From an uncultured Planctomycetota bacterium (lineage in GTDB: Bacteria; Planctomycetota; Planctomycetia; Isosphaerales; Isosphaeraceae): 64,000 bases of DNA. Made by a program: the position numbers and the translations under genes. Within the stretch, counting starts at the first letter, position 1; each line of letters opens with the position of its first letter. The notes under the pieces are model-generated. The model ran no database searches. It was not told the origin of the DNA and was given only the letters and a program-made list of their open reading frames with translations. The stretch is taken from contig CAWJTV010000047.1 in NCBI GenBank assembly GCA_963845755.1, forward strand, positions 96,001 through 160,000. Direction: 5' to 3'. Positions 1 to 11,200 of this stretch are shown here, piece after piece.

Positions 1-1186
1 GGACGCCGACGACCACTTCAATCTCGCCCGAGGCGATGCTTTGCCAGTGACGATGTCGCTCGGCGTCGCTGAGATGGCTGTGCAGCACGGCGACCCGGGC
101 GAACCGGCGGCGAAACCGGCGGATCGTCTGCGGCGTCAGGCTGATCTCGGGGACCAGGACGATCGCCTCCCGGTCCCGGGCCACGACACGCTCGATCGCC
201 GAAAGATACACTTCCGTCTTCCCGCTGCCGGTCACTCCCTGGATCAGGAACGGAGCGAACCCCCCGGCGTCCAGCGCCGGCTCGATCCGAGCCAGCGTCG
301 CCGCCTGATCGTCGGTCAGAGTCCATGGGGACCCCTCGGGCGAGTCTCCCGTCGATCGCCCGGCCGTGCTGCTGCCCGCCTCCAGCCCCTCCGGCGAGCC
401 ATCGGACGCGACCTGATGTCGTCGGCCAACCGTGGACGGGGGTCCCAGTCCCAGCGGAAGCCGCCTGCGAATCGAATGGACCAGTCCCATCTTCTGGAGC
501 GCCTGAATCGGCACGGGACTGCATTTGGCCAGCCTGCAAACATCGGCCGTCGTGAGTGGTTCGTCGCTCCGGGCGAGGATCTCCAGCACGGCGGCTTGCT
601 TCGCCGACAGCCGGGGCTCGACGGCGTGGGCCTTCATCGCCTCTCGGGTCTCCTCGGGTACGACCAGAAACGTCCCCACGCGAGTGCCCGCGTGCCTCTT
701 GACGCCCGCCGGCACGGCGGAATCCAGCGCCTGACCCCAGGAGCAAACATAATAGTCCGCCAGCCATCGCGTCAGGTCGAGCATCTTGCGGTCGATCAGG
801 GGGGTCGGGTCCAGAACCTCGACCACCGCCTTGATCCGTGTCGGATCGAGCCGCTCGGGGGCGCGATCCTCGACCTGCACACAGTAGCCTACCGCCAGCT
901 TGTCGCCCCTCCCCAAGGGGGCGCGTACACGCTGGCCGGCACGGATGACCTTGGCGAGGCGGTCCGGCACTCGATAGGTGAGCACTTGCTCGATCGGGCG
1001 GTTGAAGACCACGCCGGCGTACACACCGCCTGCCAGCAACTCACCCTCATCGGCCATCCCGAACCAAGCGATCTGGTGCCCGCCATTGGAGCGGTCCACG
1101 CCACGCGTCGGATCGTCAGAGTGGACGCGGCGGTCGTCATCGTGTCCGGGTGGTTGCTGGTCACCCTGCTCGGGGATCATGCTCAT
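1..1186 (-). CDS. priA: Primosomal protein N' (replication restart helicase), 5' part; runs off the window start
   Basis: Minus-strand frame absent from the ORF track: N-terminal YAGVVFNRPIEQVLTYRVP, Walker A PFLIQGVTGSGKTEVYL (~200-255), then VLVPEISLTPQ and LHSHLSD. Confidence 0.93.
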   Translation of the reverse strand, partial: MSMIPEQGDQQPPGHDDDRRVHSDDPTRGVDRSNGGHQIAWFGMADEGELLAGGVYAGVVFNRPIEQVLTYRVPDRLAKVIRAGQRVRAPLGRGDKLAVGYCVQVEDRAPERLDPTRIKAVVEVLDPTPLIDRKMLDLTRWLADYYVCSWGQALDSAVPAGVKRHAGTRVGTFLVVPEETREAMKAHAVEPRLSAKQAAVLEILARSDEPLTTADVCRLAKCSPVPIQALQKMGLVHSIRRRLPLGLGPPSTVGRRHQVASDGSPEGLEAGSSTAGRSTGDSPEGSPWTLTDDQAATLARIEPALDAGGFAPFLIQGVTGSGKTEVYLSAIERVVARDREAIVLVPEISLTPQTIRRFRRRFARVAVLHSHLSDAERHRHWQSIASGEIEVVVGV

Positions 1187-1507
1187 GGACAGGACCTATC
1201 GCCTCGGATCGTGAACCGATTAAAGCGGTCGAAGGTTACCCCTCCCGTTGATACGATCGTAGCCTTGGCTCTGGCGTTGACAAGGCTGATCGACAAGACC
1301 TATCGTCAGGATGGCTGGTCCCCAGGCGCCGACATTAACCGCACCCAACCGCCGGTCGGCTCGGTTGGCAGCTCCGGGGCGTACCAGAACGGATCCTGTA
1401 TCAACAGTACACCGGATTTCTAAACGTCTGTCCACAGCGGATTGGCTCGCGCACGTTCGCTGAAGTCGGCCATTGCGGGTCGGGAAAAGAATAAGGGCTG
1501 GTTGGCG

Positions 1508-2143
1508 ATGCGACTAGGTCTCTTCGGCGGGACATTCGACCCGATCCATCTCGGGCATCTGATCCTTGCCGATCAGTGCCGTGAGGAGTGCCGGCTCGAT
1601 CGGGTCTGGATGGTGGTGGCCGGCTCGCCGCCACACAAGCCCGGAGGGCGGACTGCGGTGGGCCATCGCCTGGAGATGGTCCGCATCGCCATCGCCGGCA
1701 ACTCGGCCTTGGTGGTCTCCGACATCGAGACAAGGCGCCCCGGTCCCCACTACAGCGTCGACACACTGGAGGCAGTCCGTCGCGAGCATCCCGACGATGA
1801 CCTCTACTTCTTGATTGGCGCCGACAGTTTGAAGGATCTCCCCGCATGGCGAGAGCCGTCGCGGATTGCTCAATTGGCGACTATCGTGGTGGTCAATCGC
1901 CCCGGTATCGAGGAGGTCGACGAATCGGCATTGCCGGACTTCGGCCAGGCCGCACGCGCGCTCAGATCCGTCACCATTCCACCAATCGGCATCGCTTCGA
2001 GCGATCTGCGCCTTCGTCTCGCCGAGGGCCGGAGCATTCGATATATGGTCCCGCGAGGCGTCGAAGCGTACATCGATGCCCAGGCGCTGTACCGCGGGGA
2101 GCGAGTGACACTCATGACCGGAATGGGACATGCGCGCTCGTGA
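1508..2143 (+). CDS. nadD: Nicotinate-nucleotide adenylyltransferase
   Basis: MRLGLFGGTFDPIHLGHL (HxGH), PPHK, LIGADS, IASSDLR. Confidence 0.95.
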   Translation: MRLGLFGGTFDPIHLGHLILADQCREECRLDRVWMVVAGSPPHKPGGRTAVGHRLEMVRIAIAGNSALVVSDIETRRPGPHYSVDTLEAVRREHPDDDLYFLIGADSLKDLPAWREPSRIAQLATIVVVNRPGIEEVDESALPDFGQAARALRSVTIPPIGIASSDLRLRLAEGRSIRYMVPRGVEAYIDAQALYRGERVTLMTGMGHARS

Positions 2144-2194
2144 ACGCCGGGAACTTGCGCCGACATGGCCAGCCGTCCTGATAGGAGTTCGGGT

Positions 2195-2581
2195 ATGAGA
2201 TTCTTGCGGACGCATCACGTCGCCATCATATGCTCGAACTATGCGGACTCCAAGCGGTTCTACACCGAAATCTTGGGGCTCGAGATCGTGAGTGAAGTCC
2301 TTCGAGGAGAACGCAACTCCTATAAGCTAGACCTGCGGGTTCCCGACGGCACGCAGATCGAGCTCTTCTCCTTCCCGGACCCGCCCCGGCGATCGAGCTA
2401 TCCCGAGGCATGTGGACTGCGACACCTGGCCTTCGAGGTCAACGACATCGACGAGGTCGTGGTGCACCTCCAGGTTAAAGGCGTCGCCGTCGAGGCGATC
2501 CGGGTGGACGAGCATACGGGAAAGCGCTTCACTTTCTTCGCCGACCCAGATGGGCTACCCTTGGAATTGTATGAGCGATGA
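2195..2581 (+). CDS. VOC/glyoxalase family protein (YaeR-like)
   Basis: HHVAII, IELFSFP, RHLAFEV, FFADPDGLPLELYE. Confidence 0.88.
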   Translation: MRFLRTHHVAIICSNYADSKRFYTEILGLEIVSEVLRGERNSYKLDLRVPDGTQIELFSFPDPPRRSSYPEACGLRHLAFEVNDIDEVVVHLQVKGVAVEAIRVDEHTGKRFTFFADPDGLPLELYER

Positions 2582-2752
2582 CGTCAAACCGGATCGGTGA
2601 TAGGCTCGACGAGACGATGACACGACGCGGAGTCAGACCGATCGCCGGACCGGTGCGCCTCCGTGAGGATTCTATGAGCGGGGTCTCCGCATAGCGACTT
2701 GGGACTCCTACGGAGGGCCCTCAGGCAGAATCAGAACTTGAGCTCAGGTGCT

Positions 2753-5116
2753 TTAAGTTCCGCCCCAGCTCCAGTTTCGGATCTCCGGCATATCCTGGCC
2801 ATGTTTATTGATGTACTGCCTGTGCTCGATCAACTTGTCGCGGACGGCCTGTTTGGCGTACGCCGCGGTGGTGCTCAGCTTCGGAACGCGATCTACCACG
2901 TCGGCGACCAGGTGGAAGCGGTCGAGGTCGTTCATCACGGCCATGTCGAACGGCGTGCTGATCGTCCCCTCTTCCTTGTAGCCGCGCACGTGGAGGTTCT
3001 TGTGATTGGTGCGGCGGTAGGTCAATCGGTGAATCAACCAGGGGTAGCCGTGATACGCGAAGATGATCGGCTTGTCCCTGGTGAAGAGCGTGTCGAAGTC
3101 CTGGTCGGACAGCCCGTGGGGGTGCTCGGTCGCCGGCTGGAGTCGCATCAGGTTGACGACGTTGATGACGCGGATCTTCAGCTCGGGTATCTGTGCGCGG
3201 AGTAACTTGACGGCGGCAAGGGTCTCCAGCGTCGGCACGTCGCCGGCGCAGGCCATGACGACATCGGGCTCGTCTCCTCTGTCGTTGCTGGCCCATTCCC
3301 AGATGCCGATCCTGGCCGTGCAATGCTTGATCGCCGCTTCCATGTCGAGCCACTGGGGCGAGGGGTGCTTGCTCGCCACCACGACGTTGACGTAATGCCG
3401 GCTGCGCAGGCAGTGATCCATCACGGAGAGGAGTGTGTTCGTGTCCGGAGGGAGGTAGACGCGGGTGACCTCCGCCTTCTTGTTGCAAACATGATCGATG
3501 AATCCGGGGTCCTGGTGCGTGAAGCCGTTGTGGTCCTGTCGCCACACGTGGGAGGCGAGCAGGATGTTCAGGCTCGCGATTGGCCGGCGCCACCGGATGT
3601 GCCGCGTCACCTTCAACCACTTCGCGTGCTGATTGAACATTGAATCAATGATGTGGATGAACGCTTCATAACAATTGAACAATCCATGCCGTCCCGTCAG
3701 CAGGTATCCTTCGAGCCATCCCTCGCATTGGTGCTCGCTGAGCATCTCCATGACGCGTCCCGAGCGGGACAGGTGGTCGTCGGTCGCGATTACCTCGGCC
3801 TCCCACTGCTTGTTCGTCGCGTCCAGAACGGCGGTCAGCCGGTTGGACGCCGTCTCGTCGGGTCCGAAGATGCGGAAGTTCCGCAGGTCCCCGTTGCGCT
3901 CGATCACGTCGCGGAGGAACTGGCCGAGCGTGCGAGTGTCTTCCCCCTTGACATCTCCGGGCCGCGGTACGTCGAACCCGTACTCGCGGAAGTCCGGCAG
4001 CCGCAGGTCGCGGAGTAGGATGCCTCCGTTCGCGTGCGGGTTCGCGCCCATGCGGCGCTCTCCCACAGGGGCCAGTTCGGCCAGTTCGGGCCGGAGTCGG
4101 CCACCCTGGTCGAAGAGCTCCTCGGGTTTGTAGCTACGCAGCCAGTCCTCGAGTTGCTTGAGGTGCTCCGGGTGATCCCTCGGCTCCGAGAGAGGAACTT
4201 GGTGTGCGCGGTTCGTGCCTTCGACCGGTAGGCCATCGACCAACTTGGGACCGGTCCAGCCCTTGGGCGTATTCAGGACGATCATCGGCCATCGGGGCCG
4301 ATCGGTTACCCCATGATTTCGGGCGTCCGACTGGATCCGCCGGATCTCGGCGACGACCTTCTCGAGCGTCGCCGCCATCAGTACGTGCATATTCTCGGGC
4401 TCGTGCCCCTCCACGAAATAGGGGAGGTAGCCATAGCCTCGAAATAAGGACTCGAGCTCGTCGCTGCCGATGCGCGCCAGCACGGTCGGATTGGCGATTT
4501 TGTAGCCGTTCAGGTGGAGGATCGGCAGGACGGCTCCGTCGTGCTCCGCGTCGAGGAACTTGTTGCTGTGCCAGCTCGTGGCCAGCGGGCCGGTCTCGGC
4601 TTCGCCGTCGCCGACGACGCAAGCAACAATCAGGTCGGGGTTGTCGAATGCCGCGCCGAAGGCATGGCTCAGACTATAACCTAGCTCACCCCCTTCGTGG
4701 ATCGAGCCTGGCGTCTCCGGCGCCGCGTGGCTGGGGATCCCGCCCGGGAACGAGAACTGCTTGAACAGCCGCGTCAGTCCCGCCTCATCTCTCGTGATGT
4801 TCGAATACAGCTCGCTGTAGGTCCCCTCGAGATAGGTGTTGGCCACCACCGCCGGTCCGCCGTGACCGGGCCCCGAAATATAGATCATATTTAGATTATG
4901 TTTTTTGATTATTCTGTTGAGATGGACATAGACGAAATTCTGACCTGGGGTTGTCCCCCAGTGGCCCAGCAGCCGCGACTTGACGTGTTCGAGCTGGAGG
5001 GGCTCTCGCAGCAGGGGATTGTCGAGGAGGTAAATCTGGCCGACGGACAGGTAATTGGCAGCGCGCCAGTAGCCGTCCAAAAGGCGGATTATTTCGGAGT
5101 CGAGTCGGGTATCCAT
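2753..5116 (-). CDS. xfp: Phosphoketolase (xylulose-5-P/fructose-6-P)
   Basis: [34 protein letters not shown] motif [21 protein letters not shown]; start taken at MDTRLD. Confidence 0.96.
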   Translation of the reverse strand: MDTRLDSEIIRLLDGYWRAANYLSVGQIYLLDNPLLREPLQLEHVKSRLLGHWGTTPGQNFVYVHLNRIIKKHNLNMIYISGPGHGGPAVVANTYLEGTYSELYSNITRDEAGLTRLFKQFSFPGGIPSHAAPETPGSIHEGGELGYSLSHAFGAAFDNPDLIVACVVGDGEAETGPLATSWHSNKFLDAEHDGAVLPILHLNGYKIANPTVLARIGSDELESLFRGYGYLPYFVEGHEPENMHVLMAATLEKVVAEIRRIQSDARNHGVTDRPRWPMIVLNTPKGWTGPKLVDGLPVEGTNRAHQVPLSEPRDHPEHLKQLEDWLRSYKPEELFDQGGRLRPELAELAPVGERRMGANPHANGGILLRDLRLPDFREYGFDVPRPGDVKGEDTRTLGQFLRDVIERNGDLRNFRIFGPDETASNRLTAVLDATNKQWEAEVIATDDHLSRSGRVMEMLSEHQCEGWLEGYLLTGRHGLFNCYEAFIHIIDSMFNQHAKWLKVTRHIRWRRPIASLNILLASHVWRQDHNGFTHQDPGFIDHVCNKKAEVTRVYLPPDTNTLLSVMDHCLRSRHYVNVVVASKHPSPQWLDMEAAIKHCTARIGIWEWASNDRGDEPDVVMACAGDVPTLETLAAVKLLRAQIPELKIRVINVVNLMRLQPATEHPHGLSDQDFDTLFTRDKPIIFAYHGYPWLIHRLTYRRTNHKNLHVRGYKEEGTISTPFDMAVMNDLDRFHLVADVVDRVPKLSTTAAYAKQAVRDKLIEHRQYINKHGQDMPEIRNWSWGGT

Positions 5117-5257
5117 GAACGTCTTCCCTGGTGGCGAAGCCGCAATCAACGAGAACTTCCAACTTTGAATTCCGAATGGAGGACTTATCCTAATCTGGAG
5201 TTCACACACCGTCCTACGCTGAGATGTGATCCAGCGGACTTCAAGCACGGTGACTCC

Positions 5258-5876
5258 TCAATCCGGGGACGATCCCGACCAGAATGGCCCGAGAGGGCCA
5301 TGGGGCGAAGGATCGATGGGCCGTCCGGCCTGGGGATAATCGCCGAGGTTCAGCTTCAGCAGCTTTTGGGCGTCCTCCGTCGCCTGGTGGGCGAAGCGGT
5401 CGGAGTAGCCGATGGCATCGGCGGCCTCGATGGCCGCCATGAAGGCGTCTCGCGCGGCCAGGTCAGCCGTGATGTCCCCCAGGTGGGCGAATGGATTCGG
5501 TGGCGGGATGCTCACCAGGCGGGATTCTCCCGGCTCTTCACGAAGCTCCAGGGCTTGCAAGCCGCATACCGCCGCATGGGCCGTCCGGACGGCGGCGGCC
5601 ATCGCGCAGTCGCGCATGACCGCTCCATCCTCGATTGCCCGGCACGCCTCGACATCACGCACGACGGAATCGTAGGACGAACCACATTCCCCTCTGGCGA
5701 AGTCCTCGGCCAGTCCGATGGCGTTCGCGACGGCCAATCGGCACCGTTCTCGCTCAGGATGACCTTCGGCGAGCAGAGCCAGATGTTCCACTCGGCGCGC
5801 AGCGTGCGGCGAAGGCGACGATAGCCCGGAGTGGCAGTCGTTTCAGATCTTCGATGGTGTAATCGCTGATGATCAT
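5258..5876 (-). CDS. Hypothetical helical protein; apparent frameshift near 5795
   Basis: ATG 5876 gives MIISDYTIEDLKRLPLRAIVAFAARCA, joining ORF 5258..5791 after an indel in a GCGC run; lies between ackA and xfp. Confidence 0.55.
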
Positions 5877-5980
5877 ATTCGTCCCCAAGAATCGGGATCG
5901 AGGAGATTGTCTCCCCAATCCGGCCTCGTACTCTCCGCCGCGATCGCATGTGTACTTCGAAATCGATCTTCTTCAACCGA

Positions 5981-7190
5981 TCAGATCAACTCCGCCAGCA
6001 GCTTGGCAGCAGCCCTGGCCATCATGGATTCTTCATTGGTGGGGATGACGCGAACCTGCGCAGGAGCCTCGTCCGTCGAAATCACAGCGACTCTGGCGGA
6101 GTTCCGAGACTCGTCGAGAACAATGCCGAGGAACCCCAGTCCCTCGCAGATGCGGGCGCGGATCTCCGGGGAGTTCTCGCCGATGCCGCCGGCGAAGACG
6201 AGGATATCGAGACCTCCCAACGCGGCGGCCAGGGCGCCGATCTCCTTCTTGATGCGGTACACGAAGAGGGCGACGGCCTCGGCGGCACGGACATCGTGCT
6301 CCTCGGCCTTCAGGAGGTCGCGAAGATCGGAGCTGGTCTCGGAAACGCCCAACAGGCCCGACTGGTGGTTCATCATCGCATCGAACTGCTCGACGGTGGT
6401 CCCTTCGGTGCGGGCAAGGAAGCCGGGAAGACCCGGGTCAATGTCGCCGGACCGGGTGCCCATGACAAGACCGGCAGCCGGCGTCAGCGCCATGGTCGTA
6501 TCGATCGGACGTCCATTATGGACAGCAGCCAGGCTGGCCCCCGAGCCAAGGTGGGCCAGTACAATCCGGCCGGAGGCCGCGCGGGCCGGCGTCCCGTGTC
6601 AGAGCCTCCATCAGGTAGGCGTAGGACAGGCCATGGAAGCCGTAGCGTCTCACACCTCTGGCCTGGAAGCGCCGTGGGATCGGCACGATCTGGGCGACGC
6701 GGGGCATCTCGTGATGGAACGCTGTATCGAAGCACGCGAATTGCGGTATGGCGGGCCGACGGTCCCGGATTCGCTCAATCACCGAAATCTCGCCCGGCAG
6801 GTGATCGGGATCCATCGGGGTGAGCCGGCGCAGCTCCGTGAGCAACTCTTCCGTGACACGCACAGGACGGAAATACTTCGAGCCTCCATGCACGACGCGA
6901 TGTGCGATGCCAGCGATCGAGGCCCAACCCAGGCGTTCCTCCACCCAATCGATGAGCCAACTCGCTGCGGAGACCAGGTCGGGGACGTTCACGGACAGGG
7001 TTTCGGGACCAGCTTCAGACGACCCGTGGACGACCGCCGTGGCGTTGTCTCGTCCGATTGGCTCGAGCGTTCCCGACATCAGGGGCGGGAGCGCTTCGGT
7101 CGCATTCAGAGGGAAGATGGCGAACTTGAGGCTGGACGATCCGCCGTTGACCGTTAGCAGACACGAGCGTTCAGGCTGGTGCATCCGCAT
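5981..7190 (-). CDS. ackA: Acetate/propionate kinase; apparent frameshift near 6585
   Basis: [32 protein letters not shown], then in a second frame [32 protein letters not shown]. Confidence 0.93.
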
Positions 7191-7601
7191 TGTGTCGCCT
7201 CCCTGCCGGCGGTGGGCAGCACACCGAAAACGCCCTCCGGCAGTTGTCCGGGGTGACTTCGTACCCACACGGGACAGTATAATGTGAGGGGTCGGCGTCA
7301 CACAATCGATTGCGGACTGGTCGACCGCAGGGCACCCGTCATAGCGGTCTCGGGATTGGAGTGCCGGTGGAAAAGCTGTCAGTTCAGAGTGTCGCCGCAC
7401 ACGATGTCGATTTTGGAGACAACCGGGTCCGGGTCCGGGGATTTGACGCCTATTGGGTATAGAGGCAGGGCCGCAAGACCAGTCGGGATGGGGCGTATCT
7501 TCGGAGCGCCGGCTCCACCCGGCATCCAACCTCCTGGCCCGAAATCGATCCGATCCCATGGCCTCAGCCCGCGGTTACCCTCGGAACGAAAGCCGAAGTT
7601 G

Positions 7602-8267
7602 ATGGCCGCCGGACCGATCGAATTACTGTCCCGAGCGCGCGCAGGTGAAACCGAGGCGCTAGGGGAATTGTGCGCCCTGTATCGGAACTATCTTCGCATG
7701 GTGGTGCGAACCGGCCTGGGACCTCGGTTGAAGGAGCGGGTGGAGCTGTCCGACGTAGTCCAGGAGGCGCTGGTGGAGGTGGTTCGGCAGTTCCCCCAGT
7801 TTACTGGCCAGAACGAGGCGGCGCTGCTGGGCTGGCTGCGCCGGCTGGTGGGCCAGAAGCTTGCGGACCTGGGTCGATACCATAGTCGTGCCAAGCGAGC
7901 CGGTGGTGCTACGGCCGTGCCCCTGGATGCGGCACTCGACTCCGGCGGCGGGGGCCGATCGGGCGAGGAGAGCGGCCGATTGCTGGATATGCTCGCCCTG
8001 AGCCAGACCAGCCCGAGCCAGGCTGTCAGCAAGCGCGAGATGCTCGGCCTGCTGGCCGACGCCTTCGCCGGACTCCCCGAGCAAGAGGCGGACGTCCTCT
8101 GGTTATACTACGCTGACAGCCTTTCGTTCGAAGCCATCGGTCAAAGACTGGAACTGAGCCGGAAGTCCGTTCGCGGCATCTACGCCCGAGGCCTGAAGCA
8201 CCTGAAACGCACGCTCGAAGGGCCGCCTGGCGGCCTCCTGAGGTATGACGATGGTTCAGCGCATTGA
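7602..8267 (+). CDS. ECF sigma-70 factor (planctomycete type)
   Basis: LLSRARAG, YRNYLR, SDVVQE, WLRRL, region 4 HTH; overlaps the downstream kinase start. Confidence 0.88.
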   Translation: MAAGPIELLSRARAGETEALGELCALYRNYLRMVVRTGLGPRLKERVELSDVVQEALVEVVRQFPQFTGQNEAALLGWLRRLVGQKLADLGRYHSRAKRAGGATAVPLDAALDSGGGGRSGEESGRLLDMLALSQTSPSQAVSKREMLGLLADAFAGLPEQEADVLWLYYADSLSFEAIGQRLELSRKSVRGIYARGLKHLKRTLEGPPGGLLRYDDGSAH

Positions 8268-11200
8268 CGACTCGCGGCCGATCGATGGCGGCATTCCGCC
8301 CGGGGCCGACGATATGGACGACCGCCTGGGCGAGGCCATCGAGGAGTATCTGACCCTGGCCGAACGGGAGCAGGCGCCCGAGCTGGAGGAATTCCTCGCG
8401 CGTTACCCAGACCTGACAGACGACCTGCGTGCCGCGATGGAGGGCCTGGAACTCGTGCACGGACTGGTCGGGCGCGGTGTCTCGCCATCCTCCGCCTCGT
8501 CGCGCGGATCCGGATGGGACCGACGGCTGGAATCGGGCCACCGGATCGCTGGTTACCGGGTGGTGCGCGAACTGGGACGCGGGGGCATGGGGACGGTCTA
8601 CGAGGCGGTGCACGTCGGCCTGGACCGCCCTGTGGCCTTGAAGGTGCTTGGGACGCACGCGGCCCCGGACTCCTCGGCGCGACGCCGGTTTCTCAACGAG
8701 GCCAAGACCGCCGCCGGCTTGCACCACACGCATATCGTCCCGGTCTTCGATGTCGGCCAGGTGGGCGGGCTCTGCTACTACGCCATGCAGCGCATCGAAG
8801 GGAGCGGGCTGGACCGGGTCATCCGTCATCTGAGGCGCACCCGGCCGACGGGCGGATCCGGAAGTGGCGTGGTCCCGTCCGGCCTGCCGGCCTCTCCAGG
8901 CGAGAGTCTGTCGGCCCCGGGGCATTCGACAAGCAGCTCGCGGTTCGGCAGGCTCTGGTACCGCGTCTCGACGGGCTGGCTCTGGCGGTCGACCCAGCAA
9001 CTGCCCGATGCTCCAGGCGGCGTGAGGATGACCTGGGACCGTGCGGATGCACCCCCGTTCTCAGTGGCCCGGTCCGGCCGGGAAGGGCGCGGTGTATTCC
9101 CCACGAGTCCCGCGAACGATTCGACGGCTTCGTGGGCCAGCCGCTGCGGAGATCGCGAATCTCATGCATCGAGGCGGCCGATCGAGGATCCATCCGGCAC
9201 GACGGCGGGCGCGGTCCCCGCTTGCGAGCTGGCTGGGCCCGGATCGCTCCGCCGCGACGATGAGCCGCCGCCTTTCGATCCGCCGCGCGGCTCGGCCTAT
9301 TTCCGTTGGGTGGCCGCGGTCGGACTCCAGGCCGCCGATGCGCTGGCGCACGCCCATCAACAAGGAGTGATCCACCGCGACGTCAAGCCGTCGAATCTCC
9401 TGATCGACGCCAAGGGGGGTATCTGGGTCACGGATTTCGGACTGGCCCGTCGGCTGGCCGACCCGGGACTGACCCAGCACGACAGCCTGCTGGGGACGCC
9501 ACGCTATATGAGCCCCGAGCAGGCGCGGACCGGCTCGATCGACGGCCGGACCGATGTCTACAGCCTGGGCGCGACGCTCTACGAGCTGCTGACCTCGCGC
9601 CCGCCGTTCGACGGTCAATCGGCGGCCGAGCTGATCGATCAGATTGGCCGGGATGAGCCGACGCCGCCGCGTAGGGTGCAGCCACGGCTGCCGCGTGATC
9701 TGGAGACGATCGTGCTCAAGGCGCTGGCCAAGCGCCCGGTCAACCGGTACGCGACGGGCACCGAGTTGGCCGAAGACCTCGCACGGTTCTTGAGCCATGA
9801 GCCAGTCAAGGCGCGACGGATCAGCCCGATCGGACGGCTGTGGCGGATCGCCCGCCGTCATCCCGGGATCGCCAGTGTTTCCACCGCGGCCGCGGCGATC
9901 GTTCTGGCCATTGCCACGTTCGCTTATGTGAGCATTCTCGCTCAGAAAAACGCGGCGGTCCTCGCCAACAAGGAGAAGGACCGCGCCTTGGAGTCGCAAG
10001 AGGAGGCCAATCGCCAGTTACACGCGACCTTGCTCAAACAGTACCGGTCCGAGGCCGACGTCATGCGGGGTTCGAATTTTCCCGACCGTCGCAACCGGGG
10101 TCTGGAATCGATCAAGCAGGCGGTATCACTGGGACCTGATGCCGCGATGCGATCCGAGTTACGCGACGAAGCGGTCGAGTTCCTGGTCCTTCGGGATGTA
10201 CCCCGTCGTCCCGAACTGGCGACGAACCGGACTCAGGGTGTAGTCTTCAGCCCCGGAGGGAATCGGTTGGCCGCCCTCTCCGAGGACGGCGAACAGATCG
10301 ACTTCTGGGACATTGAACATCGTCTTCGGCTCGCGACGCTTCCGACCCACTCCGACCCGGGCACCACGCCTGGGCTCTCCGTGTCCCAAGCAGGTCGCGA
10401 GCCGAACCCACTGGAGTTCTCGGGGGACAAGCGAGCCGATCGCAGTCAGGAAGCGGCGCCGGAGGCGGGTGACGGGACGACCTCGCGACGGACTGGTCCC
10501 CGCTCTGGCGCCGCGGGCTCCCGGCGCAGCCCGTCGTACCCACGCCTCGCCCTGACAGGTCGATGTCTCGTCGTGGTCTCACCCGATAACCGGGGCTTTC
10601 GGCTATTGGATGCCCTCTCGGGTGCCCCGCTCCGAGCCGTGAATCGTTCCGATCGCGAGCCGGCCGGGAAAACGCGCGACGTACTCGGCCTCATCGCGGA
10701 TTCCGCGGGTCACCGATTCGTGACGGTCGAGCGGGTCTTCGACGAAGCCCCGCTCCCGGAGATGGCTGACCTCGGCGCCTATGACTCTCACGGCGAGTAT
10801 CAGGTGATCCTCTGGGATATGGAACACCTCGATCAGCCTCTGCCGACCCTGAGACCCATCATGGCACGCTCGGGACCGCCTCGGTCCAATCAGGCGCCTC
10901 GCCCGTTGCTTACGGCGCCACTGGTGGCGATTAGTCCCGATGGATGGCATGTCGCGGTTTCGGAAAGGCATGGTAAGATCGTCTCTCTCTTCTCGGGGGT
11001 GGATGGGCGAAGGGGGCGCGACGAGCGTGGCGCCCCGCGAGAGGAGCGTAACCCTGCTTCAACCTCGACGCCGAGTAACCTCGCTCCGATCCCGACGCCG
11101 ATCGAGCTCAATGCCCTGGCCCTGGGGCCGAACGGCCTCCTGGCGATGGCCGGCGGTTCGGGGATGGCGGGGGGCGGCACCGTGCAGCTCTACGACCTGG

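Noticed and set aside
41..1423. 460-aa plus-strand ORF
   Set aside because: Antisense shadow of priA, whose motifs are on the minus strand.
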